The notes under the pieces: model-generated
Databases searched by the model: none
What the model saw: the letters and a program-made list of their open reading frames with translations, nothing else
Told to the model about the DNA's origin: nothing
Translations under genes and position numbers: made by a program
From: an uncultured Candidatus Saccharibacteria bacterium
GTDB lineage: Bacteria > Patescibacteriota > Minisyncoccia > UBA6257 > UBA9933
Length of the DNA stretch: 32,786 nt
Direction: 5' to 3'
Assembly: GCA_964398445.1 (NCBI GenBank)
Contig: CAYNMK010000002.1
Coordinates: 1-32,786, forward strand
In this document: positions 1-8,103 of the stretch, piece after piece
Numbering within the stretch: the first letter of the stretch is position 1
Layout of the letters: each line of letters opens with the position of its first letter

Positions 1-56
1 CCTGCTGAGATATTTTATCAGGAGACGGGCGTTGCACTATTTCCTTGAATGTAGCC

Positions 57-84
57 TTGACAACTTTTTTACTATATATATACT
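57..84 (+). promoter_or_regulatory. Candidate sigma70-type promoter upstream of the 23S-5S operon
   Basis: TTGACA at 57-62, 16-nt spacer, TATACT at 79-84. It lies ~300 nt upstream of the mature 23S 5' end. A weak hairpin plus T-run at ~160-195 lies between them, so the assignment is uncertain. Confidence 0.3.
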
Positions 85-226
85 GTAATAATATAGATAT
101 GAAAATGTTAATGAAAATATCCGGCGGTTGAAAAATGGCGAATTTTTTATATTCGTAATTTCAATCCGTTGAATAGCGGATTTTTTATTTTCTGCAAAGA
201 TAGTTGTTTGACAAATTAATAAGTAA

Positions 227-251
227 CAATTATTCGAGTCCTCGAACCCTG
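227..251 (+). promoter_or_regulatory. 5' strand of a long-range pre-23S processing stem (RNase III-type)
   Basis: caattattcgagtcctcgaaccctg is complementary to 5959-5983 (cagggttcgaagagtcgaataattg) at 23 of 25 positions. The two strands bracket the whole 23S gene. Confidence 0.6.
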
Positions 252-255
252 AGTC

Positions 256-378
256 GTGTCTCATTATTGTTCGGCACTTTTTTGTCAATGATTAATGATC
301 AATGACTAAATAATAAGATTTTTAGGTTGCATAAGTCGTAAATTGTAACTTAAAGTGGTGATCGGTAGTGAGACACGA
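256..378 (+). repeat. Long imperfect hairpin element in the 23S leader (gtgtctc...gagacac base)
   Basis: cgtgtctca (257-265) pairs with tgagacacg (370-378). The arms are AT-rich with 7-nt periodic units (caatgat/taatgat/caatgac) and many G-U positions. The base motif is the same as in the inserts at 544-605 and 1393-1545. Confidence 0.5.
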
Positions 379-543
379 AACAGGTTGAGACAAATTTTTA
401 ATTAAGGGCGTATGGTGGATGCCTTGATATCAAATGGCGATGAAGGACGTGGCGTGGCTGCGATAAGCCTCGGTGAGGTGCTTAGCAACCTATGACCCGG
501 GGATTTCCGAATGGGGAAACCCTCTGCGGTAAACCCGCAGAAC

Positions 544-605
544 CGTGTCTCGCTTTTGTTCGACACTTATAAATTGGAATAAGTGGTAAATAAAAGTGAG
601 ACACG
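544..605 (+). repeat. 23S hairpin insertion/expansion 1 (helix 9-10 region)
   Basis: cgtgtctc...gagacacg stem. It contains the recurring motif gtgtctcgcttttgttcgacac and is longer than the corresponding E. coli segment. Confidence 0.45.
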
Positions 606-658
606 GAGCGTACCCGCTGAAGTGAAACATCTCAGTAAGCGGAGGAAAAGAAAAAAAT

Positions 659-838
659 CGTTTGCGCCTCACTGCGTTTGGCACAGACTAAAACCAAAGG
701 TAAAAAATAAAAAATTAAAAATAAAAATGTAAAAACGGAAAAATGTTTTTAGGTTTTAGGAATTTTTGATTTGTATTTTTTATTTTTAATATTTAATTTT
801 TGGTTTGAGTGAGTGTTGAGCATAGTGAGGCGCAAGCG
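659..838 (+). repeat. 23S hairpin insertion 2 (~E. coli nt 215 region)
   Basis: It interrupts ...gaggaaaagaaa...|...attccccaagtagcggcgagcgaa. gcgcctcact (664-673) pairs with agtgaggcgc (824-833). The ~80-nt AT-rich arms pair with many G-U positions. Confidence 0.7.
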
Positions 839-877
839 AATATTCCCCAAGTAGCGGCGAGCGAAAAGGGAGGAGCC

Positions 878-1047
878 CAAACCTAACCATACCTCACTGC
901 GTTCGGTATGGAATTATTTAATTTTTAATTTTTAATTTTTATTAAATTTTTAATGTTTTAATTTTCAAACATTAAGTCATTCATTAGAAATTAGAAATTG
1001 AAAATTAGAAATTCTACCCGAGCATAGCGAGGTGTGGTTGGGGGTTG
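878..1047 (+). repeat. 23S hairpin insertion 3 (~E. coli nt 270 region)
   Basis: Basal pairing is aacctaaccatacctc / gaggtgtggttgggggtt. The 5' arm has (aattttt)3 and the 3' arm has (attagaa)n, paired through U-G wobbles. Confidence 0.7.
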
Positions 1048-1392
1048 TAAGAATTTCACGCTACTTTACTAATCGCAAAGTTCCTGTTTATGGGATTTTG
1101 TGATTTGTGAAGCAAGAAAAGGTTACAAAATTATTTGTTAGCTGAATTTATTGGAAAGTAAAACCAAAGAAGGTGATAGTCCTGTAAGCGAAAACGAATG
1201 ATCCTTTTAGTGAAGTATCTTGAGTAACTCGATGACAGAATACTTCGAGTGAATCATCCGGCACTATCCGGAAAGGCTAAATACATTTGATAATCGATAG
1301 CGAATAGTACCGTGAGGGAAAGGTGAAAAGTAGGCCGGCAAGGCCGTTGAAATAGAACCTGAAACCATATGCTTACAAGGAGGCGGAGCTTT

Positions 1393-1545
1393 GTGTCTCA
1401 CTTTTGTTCGACACCGAATTTTTAATTTTTAATTTTGAATTTCTAATGAATAATTAAATGATTTAATGTTTAAAGCATTAAGTTGTTAGAAATTAGAAAT
1501 TAAAGAATTAGAAATTGGAACGAGTGGCGAGCGAAAGCGAGACAC
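1393..1545 (+). repeat. 23S hairpin insertion 4 (helix 25 region, a classical IVS site)
   Basis: It sits between ...caaggaggcggagc and agtgacgctgtgcc. The base is gtgtctcacttttgttcgacac ... gcgagacac, with an AT-rich periodic distal hairpin. Confidence 0.7.
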
Positions 1546-1654
1546 GGAGTGACGCTGTGCCTATTGAAGAATGAGCCAACGAGTTTATGTATATCGCTAG
1601 TTTAAATCTTATGAGATGAAAGCACAGGGAAACCGAGTGTTAAAAGCGCGTATA

Positions 1655-1814
1655 CCGTTGCTGTCGCAACGGAAATCCTAAATCCAAAATCCTAAACCCT
1701 AAACAAATCCAAAATTTTAAATCCAAAATTCAAAACAATTTTTTGGATTTAATGTTTAAATTTTATTTAGGATTTAGAGTTTAGAATTTAGAGTTTCCGC
1801 TGCGGTAGCAGCGG
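1655..1814 (+). repeat. 23S hairpin insertion 5 (domain II, ~nt 640 region)
   Basis: Mini-hairpin ccgttgctgtcgcaacgg (1655-1672), then a long hairpin of cctaaat/ccaaaat 7-mers paired with ggattta/gagttta units, then mini-hairpin ccgctgcggtagcagcgg (1797-1814). Confidence 0.7.
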
Positions 1815-2331
1815 TCGGCGGTATGTGTAAGACCCGAAGCCAAGCGAGCTTGCCCTGGCCAGGATGAAGTTTGATGAAAATCGAATGGAGGTCCGCACCA
1901 GTAGGTCGTTCAAAACCTTTGGATGAGCTGGGGCAAGAAGTGAAAAGCTAATCGAGCTTGGTAATAGCTGGTTCTCTCCGAAATAGCTTTAGGGCTAGCG
2001 TCCGGGGAAAATTTATGTGGGGTAGAGCTACTAGTTAAGAAGTAAGGGTGAAAGCCTGATCTTTTTAGTCAAACTCCGAATACGCATAAAATTAGCCTGG
2101 GCAGTTAGACCATGGGGGCTAAGCTCCATAGGTCAAAAGGGAAACAGCCCAAATCGTCGTCTAAGGTCCCTAAATATTTGCTAAGTGTTAATAAGGCAGT
2201 GATTTGCCACAGACAGATAGAAGGTTGGCTTAGAGGCAGCCATCCTTTAAAGAGTGCGTAACAGCTCACTATTCGATGGCGAATTGCGCCAAAAATTTAC
2301 GGGACTAAGCAAATTACCGAAGACACGAATA

Positions 2332-2473
2332 CCAGTGCTTCGCACTGGAATTTTCAATGATCAATTTTTAATTTTCATTGAATTTTTAATCTTTTAATTT
2401 TCAAACATTAATTTATTAGAAATTCATTAGAAATTAGAAATTGAAAATTAGAAATTCCAATGCGCAGCATTGG
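2332..2473 (+). repeat. 23S hairpin insertion 6 (helix 45 region, a classical IVS site)
   Basis: ccagtgcttcgcactgg (2332-2348), then an AT-rich heptad hairpin, then ccaatgcgcagcattgg (2457-2473). It sits between ...ccgaagacacgaata and tgtggtaggagagc. Confidence 0.75.
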
Positions 2474-3016
2474 TGTGGTAGGAGAGCATTTCAATCGCGT
2501 TGAAGCTTTAGCCGTGAGGCAGAGTGGAGCGTTTGGAAGAGAAAATGTTGGTATGAGTAACCGCAAAGCCGATGAGAATTCGGCTCCCCGAAAATCCAAG
2601 GTTTCCTCCGCAACGAAAATCGACGGAGGGTTAGGCGATCCTAAGGCGATGACGAAAGTCGGAGTCGATGGACAGCTGGTTAATATTCCAGCCCGCTGAA
2701 CATAGTTCGATGGAGAGACGGAGAAAAAAAGATCAAGCATCTTAATGGTTTGGTGTTATTGGTTATTAGAATTGTTGTTTTGGCAAATCCGGGCAACTAC
2801 CTTTAATGGTAAAATTCGCAAATTGATAAAACTTCGATTCGTCGGAGAATTTGATTGAAGAGTCTTCTGAAAAAAACTTCTAAGATTTCCTATGTTTGGC
2901 TTCGTACCGTAAACCGACACAGGTGGATGAGGCGAGGAGCCTCAGGGGAACGAGTGAGTCCTCGTTAAGGAACTCGGCAAAAAAGCGGCCGTAACTTCGG
3001 GATAAGGCCTGCCTGC

Positions 3017-3197
3017 CCAGTGTTTCGCACTGGAGTTTTCAATGAATAATTGTTAATTTTTATTAAATTTTTAATGTTTTAATTTTTGAACATTAATTCA
3101 TTAGAAATTGCTTGCCCCGTAGTGAATGCGAAGCATTCTATTGCTGGGGATTAGAAATTAATAATTAGAAATTAGAAATTCCACTGCGGAGCAGTGG
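3017..3197 (+). repeat. 23S hairpin insertion 7 (helix 63 region) with a nested branch
   Basis: ccagtgtttcgcactgg (3017-3033), then a long hairpin, then ccactgcggagcagtgg (3181-3197). An extra branch at 3110-3150 contains cccc...gggg and the mini-hairpin gaatgcgaagcattc. Confidence 0.75.
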
Positions 3198-3319
3198 TGT
3201 GGGCCGCAGCGAAAGTATCCCTGGCGACTGTTTATCAAAAACACAGCTCCCTGCGAACTCGTAAGAGGATGTATAGGGGGTGACGCCTGACCGATGCGAG
3301 AAGGTTAACGGTGGCAGTC

Positions 3320-3450
3320 TTGTGTTTCGCACTTAGTTTATGAGTTTCGCTTCATTACAGTTTAATGAGTTATTGAGTTTTAATTGATTAAACTACAGTG
3401 AGCGGAACGAATGTAACTCATTAATTCATAAACTGGGTGCGGAGCGCGAG
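3320..3450 (+). repeat. 23S hairpin insertion 8 (domain IV, ~nt 1860 region)
   Basis: It is flanked by ggcagtc / gactgcc pairing. gtgtttcgcac on the left and gtgcggagcgc on the right enclose a hairpin of gagtttN 7-mers. Confidence 0.65.
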
Positions 3451-3525
3451 GCCGACTGCCCGAAGCCCTCGTCAATGTCAGCAGTAACTATAACTGTTCT
3501 AAGGTAGCGCATTTCCTTTCCGGGT

Positions 3526-3907
3526 AAGGTGGAACTTGCCCCTTTTCGCCGCGAGGTGAATCGAAGAAGTCAGCTTATAACGGTGAAGCCCTAATTCTTT
3601 AATGATGTATTTTGTGATATTATATAAAGAATGGGTAATACCGTGGGAAGCCTAACTAGTGCTGTCGCACAAGTGACTAACGATAAATGACCTATGACCA
3701 ACGACAAAAAAGTTGTTAGTCGTTAGTTGTGAGTCGTAAGTTGCTCGCGCGGAGCAGTGGTAATGGCCCTGTAACGACTTAGGCGAAAGCCTTAATAATT
3801 CTTTTTTAAGAATTATTATACGCTGACCACTTAACTTAAATTATAAATAATTTAAGTTAAGTTGAAGATATAGTCTGATACTTATCGTGAGATAAGCAAA
3901 CATATAG
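3526..3907 (+). mobile_element. Group I intron 1 in 23S (after U1951, E. coli numbering; no ORF)
   Basis: The exon junction restores ccgggt|aagttccgg. The 5' exon ends in T and the intron ends in G. The internal guide aactt-gccc (3533-3541) pairs with the 3' exon aagtt (P10) and the 5' exon gggt (P1, with a U-G pair). Core motifs present: cttataacggtgaag, taataccgtgggaag, ccctgtaacgactt, aagatatagtct. Confidence 0.85.
3656..3760 (+). repeat. Hairpin element inserted in a peripheral loop of intron 1
   Basis: Mini-hairpin gtgctgtcgcac, then a hairpin of gactaac/gataaat/gacctat/gaccaac 7-mers, then tgctcgcgcggagca...gtgg. It occupies the same intron position as the HEG ORF in intron 3. Confidence 0.6.
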
Positions 3908-4404
3908 AAGTTCCGGAGCGCACGAAAGGCGTAACGACTGGGGAACTGTCTCAACGAGGAGCTCGGTGAAAATGCAATTCCCGTGAAGATGCGGGATACC
4001 TACAGCAAGACGAAAAGACCCCGGGAGCTTTACTGTAGCTTGATATTGATTTTAAAATTTTGATGCGTAGCGTAGTGGGGAGGCTTTGAAACTTTACTTT
4101 CGGGTAAAGTGGAGCCGCCAATGAAACACCCATCGTTAAAATTTTAAAATCTAATCTAAATGGCAAAAACATTTGGAGACAGTGTTTGGTGGGCAGTTTA
4201 TGTGGGGCACATTCCTCCTAAAAAGTAATGGAGGAGTTTATTAAGGTTGGCTTGGCCCGGATGGAAATCGGGCTGGACGTGTAAAGGCAAAAGCCAGCTT
4301 AACGGCAAGGCCGACAAGCCGCGCCGATGCGAAAGCAGAACTTAGTGACCCGACCATTCTTTATAGAAAGGTGGGAGACAACGGATAAAAGCTACCCCGG
4401 GGAT

Positions 4405-4686
4405 AGAACCTGAAATAAGGTTTTGTTGTCCTCCTCATAGTAATGTGAGGTAAAAAATGCGACTTATAACGGTGAAATCAAAATTGGTCTTCCCTGGAAA
4501 CAGGTTTTAGGATTTTGGTAATACCGTGGGAAGTCTAACCACTGCGGAGCAGTGGCAATGACCCTGTAACGACTTAATCTAAGAAGATTGGATGGTAGTT
4601 TTTAAACTATCATAATACGTCGCGCCCATTAAAGTTTTTTTAATGGGAAAAGATATAGTCTAATCATTCGCAAAGCGAATAGATTG
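4405..4686 (+). mobile_element. Group I intron 2 in 23S (after U2449; no ORF)
   Basis: The junction restores ggggat|aacaggctg. The guide gtt-gtcctc (4425-4433) pairs with the 3' exon aac and the 5' exon ggggat, with a U-G pair at the splice site. It has the same core motifs as intron 1 and ends ...agattg. Confidence 0.88.
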
Positions 4687-4821
4687 AACAGGCTGGTTGC
4701 GTCTAAGAGTTCATATCGACGACGCAGTTCGGCACCTCGATGTCGGCTCATCACATCCCGGGGGTGGAGAAGCTCCCAAGGGTTTGGCTGTTCGCCAATT
4801 AAAGTGATACGCGAGCTGGGT

Positions 4822-5648
4822 GAATTAATCCAAAAATGAGCCCAGCAAAAATTGACTCATAACGGTGGAGTCCGAATGCTTAAAGTGTTAAAATTTAAGT
4901 AATGGATAATACCGTGGGAAGATTACAATCTTTATTTTCACCACATCAATTTGATGTGATTATTGGATCATTATTAGGAGATGCACGACTTGAATGTCGT
5001 TCAATTGGATTAAGACATTCAATTACCGCACGATTCAGAGTGCATCATGGAGAAAAACAAAAAGATTATGTTTTTTGGAAATACGAAATTCTTAGAAGTT
5101 TAGTAATAAAAGAGCCTCAGAAAAGTATATGGAATAATCCAAAAAGAAATATTCAAGAAATTTCTTGGTATTTTCATACGAAAAGCTTAAAAGAATTTGG
5201 TGTCATTTATAGATATTTCTATAAAGACAACATTAAGATTCTTCCAAAAAATTTATTTAATCTACTTACTCCTAGAATGATGGCAATATGGTTTATGGAT
5301 GATGGCTCAAATACCAAAGAAAGCTTTACGTTAAATACGCATAGTTTTTCAGAAAAAGAGCAATTACATATAGTTGATTTTCTAAAAAACAATTATAAAA
5401 TTATAGCTACTTTAGTAAAAGATAGAAATAAATTTAAAATCAGAATTAATAAAAGTAGCTATCAGAAATTCGTAAACATTATTAAGCTATTTATTATTCC
5501 TTCTATGATTTATAAGATTGATAATCCCCGTAACGACTTGTCATATAATATGACAGAGTTGCCTTATTAAAGGCAGTTAACACGTCAGCTCCGACTTAAC
5601 ATCGGAGAAGGTATAGTCTAATGCTATTAGTAATAATAGAGAATATTG
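4822..5648 (+). mobile_element. Group I intron 3 in 23S (after U2584/2585, in the peptidyl-transferase loop), carrying a LAGLIDADG gene
   Basis: The junction restores gctgggt|tcagaccgtcgtgagacagg. The guide tga-gcccagc (4837-4846) pairs with the 3' exon tca and the 5' exon gctgggt (7 bp, U-G pair at the splice site). Core motifs present: ctcataacggtggag, taataccgtgggaag, ccccgtaacgactt, aaggtatagtct. Confidence 0.88.
4902..5570 (+). CDS. Double-motif LAGLIDADG homing endonuclease (intron-encoded)
   Basis: 222-aa ORF inside intron 3. It has two LAGLIDADG-type motifs, IIGSLLGDARLE and IWFMDDGS. Confidence 0.85.
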   Translation: MDNTVGRLQSLFSPHQFDVIIGSLLGDARLECRSIGLRHSITARFRVHHGEKQKDYVFWKYEILRSLVIKEPQKSIWNNPKRNIQEISWYFHTKSLKEFGVIYRYFYKDNIKILPKNLFNLLTPRMMAIWFMDDGSNTKESFTLNTHSFSEKEQLHIVDFLKNNYKIIATLVKDRNKFKIRINKSSYQKFVNIIKLFIIPSMIYKIDNPRNDLSYNMTELPY

Positions 5649-5773
5649 TCAGACCGTCGTGAGACAGGTTGGTCTCTATCTGCTGTAGGCGTTGACGCTT
5701 GAGGGAAGTTGACCCTTGTACGAGAGGATCGGGTTGAACGAACCTCTGGTCTACCGGCTTTACCACCAGGTGA

Positions 5774-5804
<31 letters not shown>

Positions 5805-5958
5805 GAGCTGAAAGCATCTAAGCACGAAGCCCCTCCCAAGATTAGGCGTCTTAGATTGGTCGAAGACTACGACCTTGATAGGCTTTAGGTGTAAGCATAG
5901 TAATATGTTTAGCCGAGAAGTACTAATAAATCATATTTTTTTGTTTCTATCTAAATTT

Positions 5959-5983
5959 CAGGGTTCGAAGAGTCGAATAATTG
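5959..5983 (+). promoter_or_regulatory. 3' strand of the long-range pre-23S processing stem
   Basis: Complementary to 227-251 at 23 of 25 positions. It is followed by a trailer hairpin (~5984-6047) with atgac/atgat 7-mer units. Confidence 0.6.
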
Positions 5984-6106
5984 TCGTATTGTGCTTCATT
6001 GTCGTTTGGCGTTTTTTAATCAACGACTAATGATTAATGACTTATGCAATATAGAAATATTATTGTTATTATGTTGTAGGTTATTAATTATTATTGTTAA
6101 TAGCGG

Positions 6107-6221
6107 TTTCTTGGTGATTTAATTTATCGTGCTCTACCCGATTCCATTCCGAACTCGGAAGTAAAAGCGATAAATACCGATGATACTTAGTTTTCTAGGG
6201 AAAGTAGGTTTCGCCAAGATT
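6107..6221 (+). rRNA. rrf: 5S rRNA
   Basis: ttcttggtg...cgccaaga forms the terminal helix. Conserved ccgaactcggaagtaaaa and ggaaagtagg segments are present. It lies ~155 nt downstream of 23S. Confidence 0.85.
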
Positions 6222-6260
6222 CCTCTGTTAATAATTTGGTGTAAAGAGTATAATCATAAA

Positions 6261-7313
6261 ATGACTCGACAAATAATAAAGCAGATTTTTTATGGTACTG
6301 GATTTTTTTTAATATTTTTTTTAATTATTTCCGGTAGTTATTTTATTTGGCTTAAGCCATCTCCTAGTTGTTTTGATGGTCGTCAAAATCAAGGCGAAAT
6401 TGGAATTGATTGCGGTGGTCCTTGTATTGATTGCGAAATAAAAATTTTAAATCCTTTAGAAGTATCTTGGTTAAGACATTTTCCTGTTGACGACAGAGTA
6501 GTTATTGCGGCTGAAATAAGAAATCCTAATTTTAATTACGGAGCTGATAATTTTTCTTACATTTTTACTATTTATAATTATTTTGGAGAAAAAATTTATA
6601 CTTTAAATAAGAATTCTTTTATTTATGCTGGTGAAATAAAATATCTTATAGAGGCAAACATTGATATTAATCCGAAAAATATTAACAAAATTAAACTTTC
6701 TTTTTCCAACATTAATTGGAAATCTAAAGAAGAATTCCCTAGGCCCGAAATTCAAATTCGAGAGATTAGAACTGAGTCAGCCCAACCTATTCGTGTTAGT
6801 GGATTAGTAATCAATAATAATGCCTTTGCATTATCAGATGTAAACGTTGTTAGTTTTTTGTTTAATAAAAATGGTTTTCGGATAGGCGCTTCTATAGCTA
6901 AATTAGGCAGCCTTCCAGCTTTTGAAGAAAAATTTTTCCGAATTGTTTTCCCTGGTCATATTTCTTTAATTGCAGAAGAAATTATAGAAAAGTTGGCTCC
7001 AATTAATTATAAATTTACTCGTAATTTAACTATTGGCTCAAGGGGTGAAGATGTAAAATCTTTGCAGCAGTTTCTTAAAGAGCAAGGATTTTTTAATCGT
7101 GAAATTACAAATTATTTTGGTTTAATAACTAAAAATTCTTTAATTCAATATCAGAAAAAGGCAGGCATATCGCCAGCATCTGGTTATTTTGGCCCCATAA
7201 CTCGTAATCATATTAACTCTTTAATAACGCCAGTTCCTCTGTATTTGCCTAAGTTTAATATTAATGAGGCTGATCCAGGCTTAACTAGAGTTTATGTTGA
7301 TGTTATTCGTTGA
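6261..7313 (+). CDS. Membrane-anchored protein with a C-terminal peptidoglycan-binding domain
   Basis: The ORF-track start at 6180 overlaps the 5S gene, so the start is moved to the ATG at 6261 (MTRQIIK). One N-terminal TM segment, a GIDCGGPCIDCE Cys motif, and a C-terminal GEDVKSLQQFLKEQGFF...GYFGPITRNHI segment typical of PG_binding_1. Confidence 0.6.
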   Translation: MTRQIIKQIFYGTGFFLIFFLIISGSYFIWLKPSPSCFDGRQNQGEIGIDCGGPCIDCEIKILNPLEVSWLRHFPVDDRVVIAAEIRNPNFNYGADNFSYIFTIYNYFGEKIYTLNKNSFIYAGEIKYLIEANIDINPKNINKIKLSFSNINWKSKEEFPRPEIQIREIRTESAQPIRVSGLVINNNAFALSDVNVVSFLFNKNGFRIGASIAKLGSLPAFEEKFFRIVFPGHISLIAEEIIEKLAPINYKFTRNLTIGSRGEDVKSLQQFLKEQGFFNREITNYFGLITKNSLIQYQKKAGISPASGYFGPITRNHINSLITPVPLYLPKFNINEADPGLTRVYVDVIR

Positions 7314-7337
7314 TTTTATTATTTTTTATATATTAAA

Positions 7338-7703
7338 TTGAATTTTTTTATTAGGTTAATTTTTCTTCTTTTTTCTAATTTGGCGGCTCTTTTTGTGGCA
7401 GATTATTTTGTTGAAGGATTTGAAATTTTACCTGGTTTTATAAATTTTATTACGGTTGCAGTAATCTTAACTTTAATTAATATTTTTATTAGGCCGCTTA
7501 TTAAATTTATTTTAACTCCATTCATTGTTTTAACTCTTGGTATTGGAATTATTTTTATTAATGCTTTAATGCTTTATATTCTTGACTTTTTTTTAAACGA
7601 TATTACTATTATAGGGTTCATGGTTTTAATTTATGCGACTTTGATTATAAGTATTGTAAATATTTTTATTAATTTTTCGGCAAAAAGACTTTATAAAGCG
7701 TGA
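7338..7703 (+). CDS. Small 4-TM membrane protein (DUF360/phage holin family IV-like)
   Basis: 121 aa, TTG start, four hydrophobic helices, resembles the YvlD-type family. Confidence 0.5.
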   Translation: MNFFIRLIFLLFSNLAALFVADYFVEGFEILPGFINFITVAVILTLINIFIRPLIKFILTPFIVLTLGIGIIFINALMLYILDFFLNDITIIGFMVLIYATLIISIVNIFINFSAKRLYKA

Positions 7704-7710
7704 TACCAAT

Positions 7711-7795
7711 ATACGAATGCGTACTAATGATACGAATAAATATTAATTCGTATCCATTAGCATAATTAGTATGAATTAGTATATTAGTATCACAT
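7711..7795. repeat. Intergenic AT-rich imperfect hairpin (tacgaat/tactaat units)
   Basis: ctaatgatacgaat (7724-7737) pairs with attcgtatccattag (7746-7760). Outer pairing extends the stem. Located between the DUF360 gene and secG. Confidence 0.45.
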
Positions 7796-7805
7796 TAGCG
7801 AAGCG

Positions 7806-8027
7806 ATGACCATATCTATTCTTCAGATTATTATTTCTATTATTCTAATTATTTTAATTCTTCTTCAAGAGCGGTCTTCTGGGCTTTCTGGTATGTTTGG
7901 CGGAGGCGGCGAAGAAGGATTTTATCAAAAACGTCGCGGTTTGGAAAAAATTATTTTTCGAGCCACTATAGTTTTAGTTATTATTTTTGCCGGCTTATCA
8001 TTGACTAGTCTTTTACTTTTGAATTGA
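7806..8027 (+). CDS. secG: Preprotein translocase subunit SecG
   Basis: 73 aa, two TM segments, LLQERSSGLSGMFGGGG motif. Confidence 0.8.
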   Translation: MTISILQIIISIILIILILLQERSSGLSGMFGGGGEEGFYQKRRGLEKIIFRATIVLVIIFAGLSLTSLLLLN

Positions 8028-8103
8028 TATTCTATTTTTAATTTGGATTTAAATTGATTTTATAGTTGAGAACATTTTTATAGATTTTGATTAGACATTA
8101 ATA

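Noticed and set aside
160-195. Terminator-like hairpin aatccg-ttgaatag-cggatt plus a T-run between the candidate promoter and 23S
   Set aside because: The stem is only 6 bp and weak. It may simply be leader structure, and I cannot decide whether it terminates, so it is not called.
208-236. Second TTGACA (208-213) as a promoter
   Set aside because: At 17-nt spacing the -10 would be TATTCG, lacking the invariant final T, and it overlaps the processing stem.
700-3200. Periodic short repeats (attagaa, aattttt, cctaaat...) considered as a possible CRISPR array or telomere-like repeat (one ccctaaa unit at ~1700)
   Set aside because: The period is 7 nt with no spacers, and the repeats form the two arms of hairpins inside the rRNA. 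The single ccctaaa match is coincidental.
6180-6260. 27-codon N-terminal extension of the ORF at 6180-7313
   Set aside because: It overlaps the 3' part of the 5S rRNA (6107-6221). The internal ATG at 6261 precedes the TM segment and is the more plausible start.
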